64,000 nt of DNA from contig JBEPZY010000002.1 in the NCBI GenBank assembly GCA_041640595.1, positions 276,551 through 340,550 on the forward strand. Reading direction: 5' to 3'. The DNA is from Gemmatales bacterium (GTDB taxonomy: Bacteria > Planctomycetota > Planctomycetia > Gemmatales > HRBIN36). Numbering within the stretch: the first letter of the stretch is position 1; the number at the start of each line of letters is the position of its first letter. Below are positions 20,385-31,400 of this stretch, one piece after another. A program made the translations under genes and the position numbers. Under the pieces are notes generated by a model that saw only the letters and a program-made list of their open reading frames with translations, was not told the DNA's origin and did no database searches.

Positions 20385-21851
20385 TCAGGCGGGTACAACG
20401 GGTCGGCGGAGGTGCCAGTCGGTTTCGCGCTCATACATGCGGGCGATGCGGAGCAACTTTTCCTCGGCAAATGGCGGGGCCAGCAGTTGCAAGCCGATCG
20501 GCAAGCCGTTTTTAGTGAAACCGCATGGAATGCTGATTCCAGCAATGCCGGCCAGGTTGCAGCTGATGGTGTAAATGTCGCTGAGGTACATGGCCAGCGG
20601 ATCGGCAACCTTTTCGCCGAGCTTGAAAGCCGGGGTGGGGGAAGTCGGCCCAGCCACGACATCGCATTCGGCAAAGGCTTTGTCGAAATCCTCCTTGATC
20701 AGCCGCCGCACTTTCAACGCCTTCAGGTAATACGCCTCGTAATAGCCGCGGGACAGCACATACGTGCCGAGCATGATCCGCCGTTTCACTTCCGCGCCGA
20801 ATCCTTCACCGCGAGTGCGGCTGTACATGTGAATCATGTTGTCGAACTGCTTGGCCCGGTAGCCGTAATGCACGCCGTCATAGCGAGCCAGGTTCGACGA
20901 GGCTTCCGCGGTGGCCACGATGTAGTAGGTGGCAATGGCGTATCGGCTGTGGGGCAGGGAGATTTCCTGGATGGTGGCTCCGAGTCGGCGATAGACCTGC
21001 AGAGCTTCGCGGACGGCCTGTTCGACTTCCGGATCGAGACCCTCGCCGAAATACTCGCGGGCCACGCCGATCCGCAGCGGTCGCACCGGCTCATCGAGTG
21101 TCTGACGGTATGGCGGTACCGGTTCCGGCGCACAGGTGCTGTCGCGGGGATCGTGGCCGGCAATCACTTCCATCAGCAGAGCGACATCGTAAGTATCGTG
21201 GCCGAACGGCCCCACCTGATCCAGCGAGCTGGCAAACGCCACCAGACCAAACCGCGACACCCGTCCATACGTGGGCTTCAAGCCGACAATTCCGCACAGG
21301 CTCGCCGGTTGCCGAATCGAACCGCCCGTATCACTGCCGATACTGAGCGGGGCTTCGCACGCGGCCACCGCTGCCGCCGAACCACCACTCGAACCTCCAG
21401 GGGTGCGTTCCAGGTCCCAGGGATTGCGGGTGACCTGAAAAGCGCTATTCTCCGTCGAGGAGCCCATGGCAAACTCGTCCATGTTGGTTTTGCCAATGAG
21501 CACCGCATCTTCTTCCTTGAGCCGGCGGATCACGTGGGCGTCGTAAGGCGGAATGAAGTTGTGCAGAATCTTGCTGCAACAGGTGGTGGGCACTCCCTTA
21601 GTGCACAGCACGTCTTTGATGGCCACGGGCAGGCCGGCCAGTTTGCCCAGCGGTTCACCGCGGCGGCGTTTCTCATCCACACGGCGAGCCTGTTCGAGAG
21701 CCGCGGATTCGTTGACATGCACGAACGCCTGAACTTTCGGCTCCCGCTGGCGGATCGCCTGCAGATAGGCGGAGGTCAACTGCTCGGCGGTGATTTCGCC
21801 CCGTTCCAGCCAGGCTAGAAGCTCCCGGCTGCTGTGTTCGATCAGTTCCAT
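20385..21851 (-). CDS. gatA: Asp/Glu-tRNA amidotransferase subunit A
   Basis: GKTNMDEFAMGSSTENS, PGGSSGGSAAAVA, GSDTGGSIRQPA and EVKRRIMLGTY motifs. Confidence 0.97.
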   Translation of the reverse strand: MELIEHSSRELLAWLERGEITAEQLTSAYLQAIRQREPKVQAFVHVNESAALEQARRVDEKRRRGEPLGKLAGLPVAIKDVLCTKGVPTTCCSKILHNFIPPYDAHVIRRLKEEDAVLIGKTNMDEFAMGSSTENSAFQVTRNPWDLERTPGGSSGGSAAAVAACEAPLSIGSDTGGSIRQPASLCGIVGLKPTYGRVSRFGLVAFASSLDQVGPFGHDTYDVALLMEVIAGHDPRDSTCAPEPVPPYRQTLDEPVRPLRIGVAREYFGEGLDPEVEQAVREALQVYRRLGATIQEISLPHSRYAIATYYIVATAEASSNLARYDGVHYGYRAKQFDNMIHMYSRTRGEGFGAEVKRRIMLGTYVLSRGYYEAYYLKALKVRRLIKEDFDKAFAECDVVAGPTSPTPAFKLGEKVADPLAMYLSDIYTISCNLAGIAGISIPCGFTKNGLPIGLQLLAPPFAEEKLLRIARMYERETDWHLRRPVVPA

Positions 21852-21959
21852 CGGCGATTCCTCCCCAGCCGACTTCCACCCGCCACACTGTGCCACGCGG
21901 CCCGTTCCGACTCGCCGCTCCCATCCACAATGCGCACCCTCATACGCGGCTTTCGTTGC

Positions 21960-22247
21960 TCAATCCAGCACTGCCGGGACGGAGTAAAAATCCCCCTTGC
22001 GTGCGGGGGCATTGGCCAGCGCTTCGTCCACGCTCAACGAAGAACCGGCCTCATCTTCGCGGAAAACATTGTGCAGCGGCAGGCAATGGGATAACGGCTC
22101 GACACCTTCCGTGTTGACCTGCTGCAACTGGTTGACATACTCGACAATCTGGCTCAGTTGTGTCGTGAAAAGTTCGATTTCTTCCGGCGTGCACTCCAAC
22201 CGCGCCAGGTGGGCTACCCAGCGGACTTCCTCCGGCTTCAGTGCCAT
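21960..22247 (-). CDS. gatC: Asp/Glu-tRNA amidotransferase subunit C
   Basis: VRWVAHLARL...NVFREDE...ANAP..FYSVPAVL; directly upstream of gatA. Confidence 0.95.
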   Translation of the reverse strand: MALKPEEVRWVAHLARLECTPEEIELFTTQLSQIVEYVNQLQQVNTEGVEPLSHCLPLHNVFREDEAGSSLSVDEALANAPARKGDFYSVPAVLD

Positions 22248-22307
22248 GGGATGCTCCTCGCAAGGTGAGTTCGGGTGCAGGGATGTCGGGTCTCCGGCGG
22301 TTGTGCG

Positions 22308-22568
22308 TCAGACTTTCGGCAACTCGAACGCCTTGCGCACCTGCGGACGTTTCACCCGTCCACTGCGAATGCACTGCGTGCACACTCGCAGGCGTTTCAC
22401 CTGACCTTCGACTTCCACACGGATGCGTTGCAGGTTGGGTTTGAATTTACGCCGGCTGATGCCGGTTACTTTCCGACCGACACCGCCTAGATACTTCGCT
22501 TTTCCGCGACGGGTTATCTGATTGCCGAAGACCGGCTTCTTACCGCAAATCGCACAATGCATCCCCAT
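22308..22568 (-). CDS. rpmB: 50S ribosomal protein L28
   Basis: CAICGKKPVFGN...RRKFKPNLQ...RVCTQCIRSG (zinc-binding type). Confidence 0.95.
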   Translation of the reverse strand: MGMHCAICGKKPVFGNQITRRGKAKYLGGVGRKVTGISRRKFKPNLQRIRVEVEGQVKRLRVCTQCIRSGRVKRPQVRKAFELPKV

Positions 22569-22854
22569 AGCACTACTCCTTCCATCGGCCAAGCGTGGAA
22601 CATACTATCATACACCCGGCTTCCGCAGCGACAAGCGCGACGGGAACCAAAGGCTGCCGAAGCATTTAACGCCCTCCTCGCATCGCTTTTGTCCGAAATC
22701 CAACGTGCAACACGAAATCGAGACACATTGACTTGACACTTCTCCTCGCACCGCTTTTGTCCGGACCCCAACCCCAGCGACAGATCGGGCCGTTGGTAGG
22801 AGCAGCGCACTGGCAACGGAAAACGAAGTGGTCGCGCGTGGCCAGCGTCCGGAT

Positions 22855-24820
22855 CAGGAGCGGCGGGCGTGAGCCCGCCGTGGGTGTGAGTATCGCACTT
22901 GCAAGGGCGCTTTCGCAAAGTCGCAGGAGACTGCCGGCACTATGCTCACGAACGCCGTTGCATTCGCGTCCAGCGGTGCCGCAAAGGGCCGACTCTTGTA
23001 CCAGCGCCGGCTTTGCGTGATTTTCAGTCGTTGTGCTCGCGTGCAAGGTTCCCACGGGGGGCTTACGCCCCCCGCTCTTGTATTGCTGCGCGGACGCTTG
23101 CCGGCGGAAAAACAACTTTTGCGATGCACAAACGCACGCCGAAAAAGAGCGGCGCTCGTCCGCCCGCCGTGGCTAGGGAAACGCGCCTGCAACACCGATA
23201 CCGCACACGGTCGCAAACACTCGTCTCGTGCCGAAACAGGAGCGGCGCCCGTCCGCCCGCCGTGGGTGGGCAAATGCGCATCGGCAGACATGACAGCTAT
23301 TCGTCGGCAGACCGCCGGCGGTGTATGTGCGGATCGCTGTTGCATTCGCGTTAATAGTTGCCACGGGGGGCTGACGCCCCCCGCTCTTGTGTTGGTGTAC
23401 GAACGCTTGCCGACGAAAAAACGATTTTTGCGATGCACGAACGCCACATCCAGCCAAGAGCGGCGGGCGTGAGCCCGCCGTGGGCGTGGGTAACGCGCCT
23501 GCAACACCGATACCGCACACGTTCGGGGACACTCGTCTAGTGCGGAAACAAGAGCGGCGGGCGTGAGCCCCCGTGGGCGTGGGAAACTCGCTTGCCCAGA
23601 CGCAAGCGTGCTTGTTCGGGGGACCGCCGACGGTGTATGTGCGGATCGCTGTTGCATTCGCGCTGAGCGGCGCCGCAAAGGGCTGACTCCTGTACCAGCG
23701 CCGGCTTTGCGTGATTTTCAGTCGTTGTGCTCGCGTGCAAGGTTCCCACGGGGGGCTGACGCCCCCCGCTCTTGTATTGCTGCGCGAACGCTTGTCGGCG
23801 AAAAAACGATTTTTGGGATGCACAAACGCACGTCCGGCTCAGGAGCGGCGGGCGTCAGCCCGCCGTGGTTAGGGAAACGCGCTTGCAACACCGATACCGC
23901 ACAAGTTCGGGGACACTCGTCTAGTGCGGAAACAAGAGCGGCAGGCATGAGCCCGCCGTGGCTCGGTCATACGATCGGTGTGCCGCGAGAAGCGAGTGTT
24001 GTTCAGCGACGAGCGATCACACAACCAAGAGAGGCGCTCGTCCGCCCGCCGTGGATATGTGAGTATCGCACTTGCAACGCCGCTTCCACTAAGTCACGCC
24101 AGACCGCCGAGGGTGTGTGTGCCGATCGCCGGTGCATTCGCGTTGAGCGGCTCCGCAAAGGGCTGACTCCTGTACCAGCGCCGGCTTTGCGTGATTTTCA
24201 GTCGTTGTGCTCGCGTGCAAGGTTCCCACGGGGGGCTGACGCCCCCCGCTCTTGTGTTGGTGTACGGACGTCTGCCGGCGAAAAAACGATTTTTGCGATG
24301 CACGAACGCACGCTCGCTCAGGAGCGGCGGGCGTGAGCCCGCCGTGGCTCGGTCATACGATCGGTGTGCCGTGAGAAGCGAATGTTGTTCAGCGACGAGC
24401 GAACACGCGACCAAGAGCGGCGGGCGTGAGCCCGCCGTGGTGGGAAACGCACCTGCAACACCGATACCGCACACGGTCGCAAACACTCGTCTCGTGCCGA
24501 AACAGGAGGGGCGCTCGTCAGCCCGCCGTGGGCGTGGGTAACGCACTTGCAAGGGCGCTTCCACAGAGCCGCGGGACGCCGCCGGCTATTTGTGTGCCGA
24601 TCGCCGGTGCATTCGCGTTGAGCGGCGCCGCAAAGGGCCGACTCTTGTACCAGCGCCGGCTTTGCGTGATTTTCAGTCGTTGTCCTCGCGTGCAGGATTG
24701 CCACGGGGGGGCTGACGCCCCCCGCTCTTGGTTGCGCGCACGGATATCGTCGGAGATGCGCGGTTGCGATTCGCAAAGACGTTTTGTTTCACACGGGGAG
24801 CTTACGCCCCCCACTCTTGT
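22855..24820. repeat. REP/BIME-like array 5 (~17 units, largest)
   Basis: Same units; internal block duplication offset by ~480 bp (e.g. 23680 vs 24160). Confidence 0.9.
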
Positions 24821-24860
24821 GTTGTAACGCGAAGGTTCCTCGGCGAGAGGCGGGGCGCGG

Positions 24861-27800
24861 TTACAGTCGCACCGTGGGAGCGTTGATGCGAATGAGTCGG
24901 GTATCCGGCGGAGTGAAGGTGAGCGGAGCCACGTTGCCGACCAGATCGGTCAGCCGGGTTCCCGACGGTAGCGCAATATCGAGCAGGCGAATGCCGTCCA
25001 GATCCTGGTCGCTGGACTGCACCGTATAACGGAACGTGAGTGTGTTCGTTCCCAGGCCGGCCACCAGAGCCGCCTGGCGAATCGCACTGCCGATTTGCAA
25101 CCGCAGGCTCGGTTGGGCGCTGCTGCTGCCCCGCAGATACACTTTCTCGTCGAACTGGAAGCGGAACTCCAGCACCTCGCCGGTCACGTAGTTCCGCAGT
25201 CCGGGCAGAATGATGTCGGTGATGCGTGGCCCACGCGTGTCCACGAAGACGCGGAAGAAGACCGGCGGCTGGATATGTTCATCCAATCGCCTCGGTGTGC
25301 TTACCATTCCCGGAATATCGCTGCCGCTAATCGTGTAAGAGCCATGGCTGAAAGGCTGAATTGGGTCTAGATAGATTCCGTTAGGGGCATAATCGTGGGC
25401 TGCAACCTTATAGCGGAAGACCAGTTTGTTAGGGGCTGCCTGCCCAACGAAATAGGCCCGTCGGGTAACGTTACCGATACGAATGTTGAGGAAGGGTGGG
25501 CTTCCAGGTCGGGCTGTTACCGTCAGCGGGTCGGTGGTCACCAGTGTGAAGGTGAGCATGTCTCCGGCTCTGTAAGTGCCTGGAGGTGGTCCCTGAACCT
25601 GGATAATCCAAGGCGGCAACGCGTCCACAATGATTTGTTTGACTCTGTCGAGTATTTTGGTCACGTCTGAAACTGCGGGAAAGATACTAGTAGGAAAGAC
25701 ATCTCCGTCCCATTCCTCCCCAAAAAGGCTGGTTATCTTGCCCAAAGTCAAGTCTGCCGTGACGACAGGCCGACCGTTAGGATCTACTTTATCGTGAATT
25801 TCCAGGCCATCCAAATCGCGGTCTATCCGGCGATTAGGTCCTTGCACCACTCTCTGGATCACGTATCGGAACGTCACAGACCGGGAGCCACTTCCGCCCA
25901 CATAATCGGCGTACACGATGCGAGAATTAGTCTGAGTTTGACCAGGAACATAACCAATATTGGGCCCAAGATATATTTTGAGGCGAGGCTTGCCAGTTAC
26001 CAACACAGTTTGATTCGGCGATCGGTTGAACACCAGCGTGAACTGAAGAGTTTCTCGCCATCTATAGGGAAATCCCGGGGAACGTACCGATGGGGTAATC
26101 ACCATGGTCACTACCGGGGGGCCGACAATCGCCCACGGCTCGTCGCCGAGGTTTCTAGGTTGTGGCGTGGTCGGATCGGCGCCCCTGGCACTGAAAAATA
26201 CCATTTGAAGAGCTGGAACCGATAGCATAAATCTAGGTGACGAACCTCCGGCGCCAGGCGTGACCTCTTTAAACGTTTGGCTATTTTGATCGAAAGCCAA
26301 CACTTGGGAGACCGAATCCGGTTTAATGTGACCCTTCCACGGTTCCAGGCCGTGAATCCCATCATCCGCAGCGAAATAAAAGTTGGTGCCGAGACTCGAA
26401 TAATTGCCCCTGGGGAAACTGGCAGTATCGGGCTGTTTAGCCGCGATTGATTCATACCACATATTACCGAATACATTAGACTGCCAGTTGTACCAAGTTC
26501 GCCTTGGACCCAGATCCGCGGATATCGAAGCCGGGGGAAAGAAGGTAGGAAGTTGCAAGGAAGAGCCTCTAGGGTTTAGATCCGCCAAGCGCACAGCCGT
26601 AAGCGACGGGAAATTTGTCCCTCGTACATCCACGTATGCGGGCTCGCGGTCGCGCGAAGGCCCAGACGAGTACACCAAGATGCCTTGGTGGTTATAAAGG
26701 TCAAACGGTCCATCACTAGGTGTACTGCCGTCCGAATCAAGAACGCGTGGGTTCGATCCCTGCAACAGTCCATTAGAGTCGATGCGACGAATATCCATGG
26801 CGACGAGCCTGCGGGCGGGAAAAACCGGATCCAAGTCGCGGTAAAAGAGAATGTTGTTACGAGTAGAACGATTAGGGTTATTTGTGTCCACGACTGGTGT
26901 CAGGAAAAAGGCCTGGTCACCCGGATCGTATATGGCAAAAGGTAACACGCCAAAAATCGTCAATACCTTAATGACGCGTAGTCCGCCACTGCTCGAATTT
27001 TTGCCGACGCGCCAGATCGTGTACCCCTCCGGAGATGTAGTGGCGACGAAGAAAATCTGCTCCAAATCTGGAAAATAAGCCAGCCATTGGGGGGCCCGAG
27101 CTACTCGATTTAGGCCATAGCTGATATCCGGTTGGTCGAACACTGTGTAATTACCTGATGGGCTGTCCAACCGGAATAAAAAGTTGCCTGTACCATTGTC
27201 AGCGACGAAAAACAGCACGCCGCCGGCGTTCAGGAGCCAGTGGGGATTGGAGGGATTGGCCCCCGGATTGATGTTGGCAACCATGGCCGTGCCATTGGAG
27301 GTGCCATCGCTGCGCCAGAGTTCAAAACCGTTCTGACCGTCGTTAGCCACGAAGAACAGGGTTCCGTTGACGTTTACCAGGAAACGCGGGTCGCTGCCAC
27401 CGTTAGCACGGATGTCGCGCACCATAGTGGTGCCATTGGAGGTGCCGTCGCTCTTCCAGAGTTCAAAACCGCTCTGGCCGTCGTTGGCGGCGAAAAAGAG
27501 GGTGCCATTGACGTTGGTCAGGAATCGCGGGGAGGAACCGCCGGCGCCTTGCTGAATGTCGCGCACCAGGGTGGCATTGCCGGGGGTGCCATCGCTGACC
27601 CACAACTCATCACCCCGCTGGCCGTCGTTAGCGACGAAGAAGACGCGGCTCTGCCCGTTAGGCAATTGTATCTCAGTAAACCAGCGTTCGCCGTTGAGAA
27701 AAGCGGGTGCCGAGCCGCCCGGCCCGAAGTTAACGTCGGACACGAGTGCGGCACTTGGTGCAGTGCGGTCTTCCAGTTGTTCAAACAGCAAATGGGCACG

Positions 27801-27872
27801 GAGCTGGGTTCGGTTTAGTTCCTCACGCACGCCGAGCACATGACCCAGTCGCTTGAGCATCCACTTTAACAT
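24861..27872 (-). CDS. Large secreted/surface protein with ELWxxDGT repeats and C-terminal Ig-like repeats
   Basis: Planctomycete-type FEQLEDRTAPS export motif; ELWVSDGT, ELWKSDGT and ELWRSDGT; repeated 'FRY.V...D.DG' C-terminal modules. Confidence 0.85.
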   Translation of the reverse strand: MLKWMLKRLGHVLGVREELNRTQLRAHLLFEQLEDRTAPSAALVSDVNFGPGGSAPAFLNGERWFTEIQLPNGQSRVFFVANDGQRGDELWVSDGTPGNATLVRDIQQGAGGSSPRFLTNVNGTLFFAANDGQSGFELWKSDGTSNGTTMVRDIRANGGSDPRFLVNVNGTLFFVANDGQNGFELWRSDGTSNGTAMVANINPGANPSNPHWLLNAGGVLFFVADNGTGNFLFRLDSPSGNYTVFDQPDISYGLNRVARAPQWLAYFPDLEQIFFVATTSPEGYTIWRVGKNSSSGGLRVIKVLTIFGVLPFAIYDPGDQAFFLTPVVDTNNPNRSTRNNILFYRDLDPVFPARRLVAMDIRRIDSNGLLQGSNPRVLDSDGSTPSDGPFDLYNHQGILVYSSGPSRDREPAYVDVRGTNFPSLTAVRLADLNPRGSSLQLPTFFPPASISADLGPRRTWYNWQSNVFGNMWYESIAAKQPDTASFPRGNYSSLGTNFYFAADDGIHGLEPWKGHIKPDSVSQVLAFDQNSQTFKEVTPGAGGSSPRFMLSVPALQMVFFSARGADPTTPQPRNLGDEPWAIVGPPVVTMVITPSVRSPGFPYRWRETLQFTLVFNRSPNQTVLVTGKPRLKIYLGPNIGYVPGQTQTNSRIVYADYVGGSGSRSVTFRYVIQRVVQGPNRRIDRDLDGLEIHDKVDPNGRPVVTADLTLGKITSLFGEEWDGDVFPTSIFPAVSDVTKILDRVKQIIVDALPPWIIQVQGPPPGTYRAGDMLTFTLVTTDPLTVTARPGSPPFLNIRIGNVTRRAYFVGQAAPNKLVFRYKVAAHDYAPNGIYLDPIQPFSHGSYTISGSDIPGMVSTPRRLDEHIQPPVFFRVFVDTRGPRITDIILPGLRNYVTGEVLEFRFQFDEKVYLRGSSSAQPSLRLQIGSAIRQAALVAGLGTNTLTFRYTVQSSDQDLDGIRLLDIALPSGTRLTDLVGNVAPLTFTPPDTRLIRINAPTVRL

Positions 27873-28496
27873 GCCGCTTCTCCTTCCAGCATGAACGCAA
27901 TGCGATCACCGGCATCAGCGATGCGGTTGTATGCGAGTCTCTTTCAAGCTGACGTCAGCCAGAGCGGAGACCACCCGGCAAATTCGGGTGCCACCGTTTA
28001 TCTATTTTGTCGCCGCGTCAAAGCCCAGTCAAGGATAGGACACGCCGAGAGGGAAAAGGTCGGCTATCGAACGCGAGAAAGACACCGGGAGACGGGCGGG
28101 AGCTGGCAATTTCGCCAAATTCGCCAACGCTGGTACTCGACCCGGCGGGGTAGTGGGGATCTGCGCGGGTGTGCAAATGCCGTTGCAGGAGAAGCCGGGT
28201 CGGCTGTCGCGGCCAGCTGCGCCAAGCCAGTGCTGAGATCGCAAGCCGACCTGGCACCTCCTTTGTGTCCTGGTGGTCCGAGATGGTACAGTCCGAGCAC
28301 CCACCGGTAAGCACATGGGCTGAAGCTGACGGTTACCTCCGGGCGTGCTATTCGTCCGACAAATAGCGGCAAGTATAATGCCCCAGGAGCCGCTCTCGCC
28401 AGAAAGGCTCACCGCCGGCTGAACAGCGCTGGCATGCGAAGGTATTCGTTGCCATTGTCGCAACAGGAGACGGCGAGGGCTGAAGGAGTACGGAAA

Positions 28497-31400
28497 ATGA
28501 ATCGCGCGGCCAATGCCGGGTTGGGTGCGGGGAAACTGGGTAGCTTCGGGCTGTTGCTGGCGCTGGCTATATGGATCGCGGCCGAGCCGACCGCTCCGGA
28601 CGTGGATGCGTGGCTGCGAGCCTATGAGCGGGAGCGGCAAGAGTTGCGGCAGACCGGCGAGGAACGGTTTTCATCCGATTGGATTGCCCTGGCGGACCGA
28701 TATGCCGAGCAGGCACGGCAGGCGCTGCGGACGAGTCAGCGGCAAGCGGCGGAGTGGGCGATATTGCGTGCTCGCTGGATTTTACCGGCGATGCCACCGG
28801 ATTTGCCAATGGGTGTGCAGCGGATTTTCGGAGCCACGAAGTTGCGGCATGGTCCATCGGTTCATGCGGTGGCCTGGAGTGAGGATGGCCGTTACTTTGC
28901 GACGGCGGGGAGCGATTTGGCGGTGCGTGTCTGGGATGCCGCTAATGGCCGGGAACTGCGTAGCTTCTCGTTCCAGGAGCGACCGGCAGCGATTGCCTTT
29001 GCTCGTAAACGACCCCTGCTGGCGGTCGGTGGGCATAGCACGGTGGTTCGGGTCTGGGACGTGAGCACCGGACAGGAAGCCTGGCCTGGAGGGTTGCAGG
29101 TGCCGAACCCGGCTGGGGCGAGGTTAGTGGTGCTGGGCGTGGCTTTCGGTGGCGAGGATCGCTATCTGGCGGCAGTTCACTCGCAGCAACAGCTTCTGAT
29201 GTGGAATCTGAACGATAAAAGCGTCGTCTATCAGCTGGGGGGGTTCAATGGCCAGCCCAGCAGCGTTGCGTTTTCGTCGGATGGCGAATATGTGGCCAGC
29301 GGCGATTCGGGTGGGCTTTTGCGAATCTTTAAAGCCCAGCAAGGGGCGTTGTGGCGGGCATTTCGCGCAAATAACGGTGCGATTTACGCGGTCACGTTTG
29401 TACCGGGCAAGAAGGAAGTAATCGTGGCCGGTCAGGATAACTTTGTTCGTGTCTTTGACGTTGACCGTTCGCAGGAGTTGATTCGCTGGTCGTCGGGAGC
29501 GCAGGGTACGACGGCGGTAGCGGTCAGCGCTGACGGTCGGCTGGTGGCGGCCGGGAGTTCCTTGCCGGATGCGGCGGTGCGGGTCTGGCGGATGTCTGAC
29601 CGCACGTTAGTGCGCACCTTCCGCGGGCATCAGCATACGGTGCAGGGATTGGCCTTCGACCCATCCGGACGGTTGCTGTTATCGGGCGGGCTGGACGGTC
29701 AGCTTCGTTTGTGGGAAGTGGAGAGCGGGCAATCGTATCACGAACTGACTGGCCATGAAAACTATGTCTGGAGCGTGGCAGTGCATCCCGACGGCCAGCG
29801 GATCGCCAGCGGTGGCGCCGATGGCACAGTACGCCTCTGGGACAGCCAAACTCGGCGAGCCTTGCACGTCTGGAAACTGCACGACCAGCCGGTTACCTCC
29901 GTTGCGTTCAGTCCGGACGGGAAATTGCTGGCCAGTGCCGGCGGGGATCGCGTCATTCGCTTGGTGGACCCGCAAACCGGCCAGGAAAAGCAACGCCTCG
30001 AAGGCCACACCGCCCCGGTAACATGTTTGGCGTTTCATCCGGAAGGAAAATGGCTGGCCAGCGGTGGTGCGGATCGGCAACTGATCTTATGGGATGTCAG
30101 TAGCGGCAAAGCGGTGCAAACGGTGTCTCGCTACGGCAGTGTGGTAACGGGTGTGGCGTTTGTGCCGGGTCGGTCCATCCTGGTCAGCAGTGGTGGCGAT
30201 CAGCAAATTCGCCTGTGGGAACTGCCCCACTTGCAGGAACCGAACCAGGTCTGGAGCGGGCATCGCCAGGCGATCAGTGCCCTGGCCGCCAGTCCCCGGG
30301 GCGATCTGCTTGCCAGTGCCGATGGCGACGGGCAAATTGTCCTGTGGCAGGTCAGCTCCGCGCAAAAACGAGCCGTGCTTTCCGGACACACCGGGCCGGT
30401 GAGCGCACTGGCGTTTTCTTCGGACGGGAGATTGCTGGCATCCGGTGGAGCGGATCGGCTGGTGCGGGTATGGGACCTGACCACGGGCAGCGAAATCAGC
30501 CAGTTTGCTGGCCATACCGATTGGGTGGCGGGGATTGCCTTCTTTCCCGACAATCGCCGGCTGGTTTCCTGCGGTGTGGATCGCACGCTGAAAATCTGGG
30601 AACTATCCGGCCAGGAGCTGGTGGTCAGTTACGGGCACAGTCGCAAAGTTACAGCACTGGCCGTCCCACAGGGAGAATCCTCACCGGCACGCTGGTTTGT
30701 TTCCGGATCGCAGGACCAGACGCTGCGGTGGTGGGATGCAGCGACCGCCCGCGAACTGGCCATCGTAACCGAACACAGCGATGAGATCACCGCGCTGGCC
30801 GGCGATCGCAACGGTCGGCTATTGGCTTCTGCTGACCGCAGCGGTGCCATCAAAATCTGGGAGTTGCCCCCGAACAAACCGGCGGAAAAATTTGCTCCGC
30901 CACGCTTGCGGAACAGTTTTAGCGTTGCCCGAGCCAGCGTCATCTTGCTCGCCTGGTCGGCGGATAGCTCGCAACTGGTCGGCTGGGTAACCGACAGCCA
31001 GTCGGATAAAACGCTGGCCGTTTGGGACGCCGCCACGGGCAAGATTATTCGTTCGTTTGCCGGACACGACCGCTCGGTGCGGGTCAGTTGCCTGGCCTTT
31101 TCCGCGGATGGACGATATGCAGCGGTAGGCGGACACAATGGCCTGGTGCGCATCTGGGACCTGTCCACCGGTGCGCAGGTCAAAGCCATCACGCCTTTTA
31201 CCAGTGCTGTTGCCGACCTCACCTTCACTCACGATAACCGCTTTCTGATCCTGGCTGGTAGCCAGGGGGAAATCCAGGTACGCGACTGGCAGGCGGACAA
31301 AGTGGTGCGTTCCTGGGCCAGTCAGCAAACCGGGCTGATTGGTTTAGCACTCGGGCCGCAGGATCGCCGGCTGGCCACCTTCGACAGTCGCGGGGAAATT

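Noticed and set aside
20412..21818. Long antisense ORFs opposite gatA (also opposite ispG, trpB and cpaC)
   Set aside because: Shadow ORFs expected from GC-rich codon bias on the real strand.
22666..24827. Many overlapping ORFs with HGGLTPAAL / QERRASARRG / KSGGRQPAV peptides (also in all other arrays)
   Set aside because: These are translations of the DNA hairpin in several frames. No consistent frame is kept between units and spacings are not multiples of 3.
27900..28430. Possible riboswitch or ncRNA in the long divergent intergenic region
   Set aside because: Some short inverted repeats, but no recognisable Rfam-type conserved motifs; a covariance-model search would be needed.
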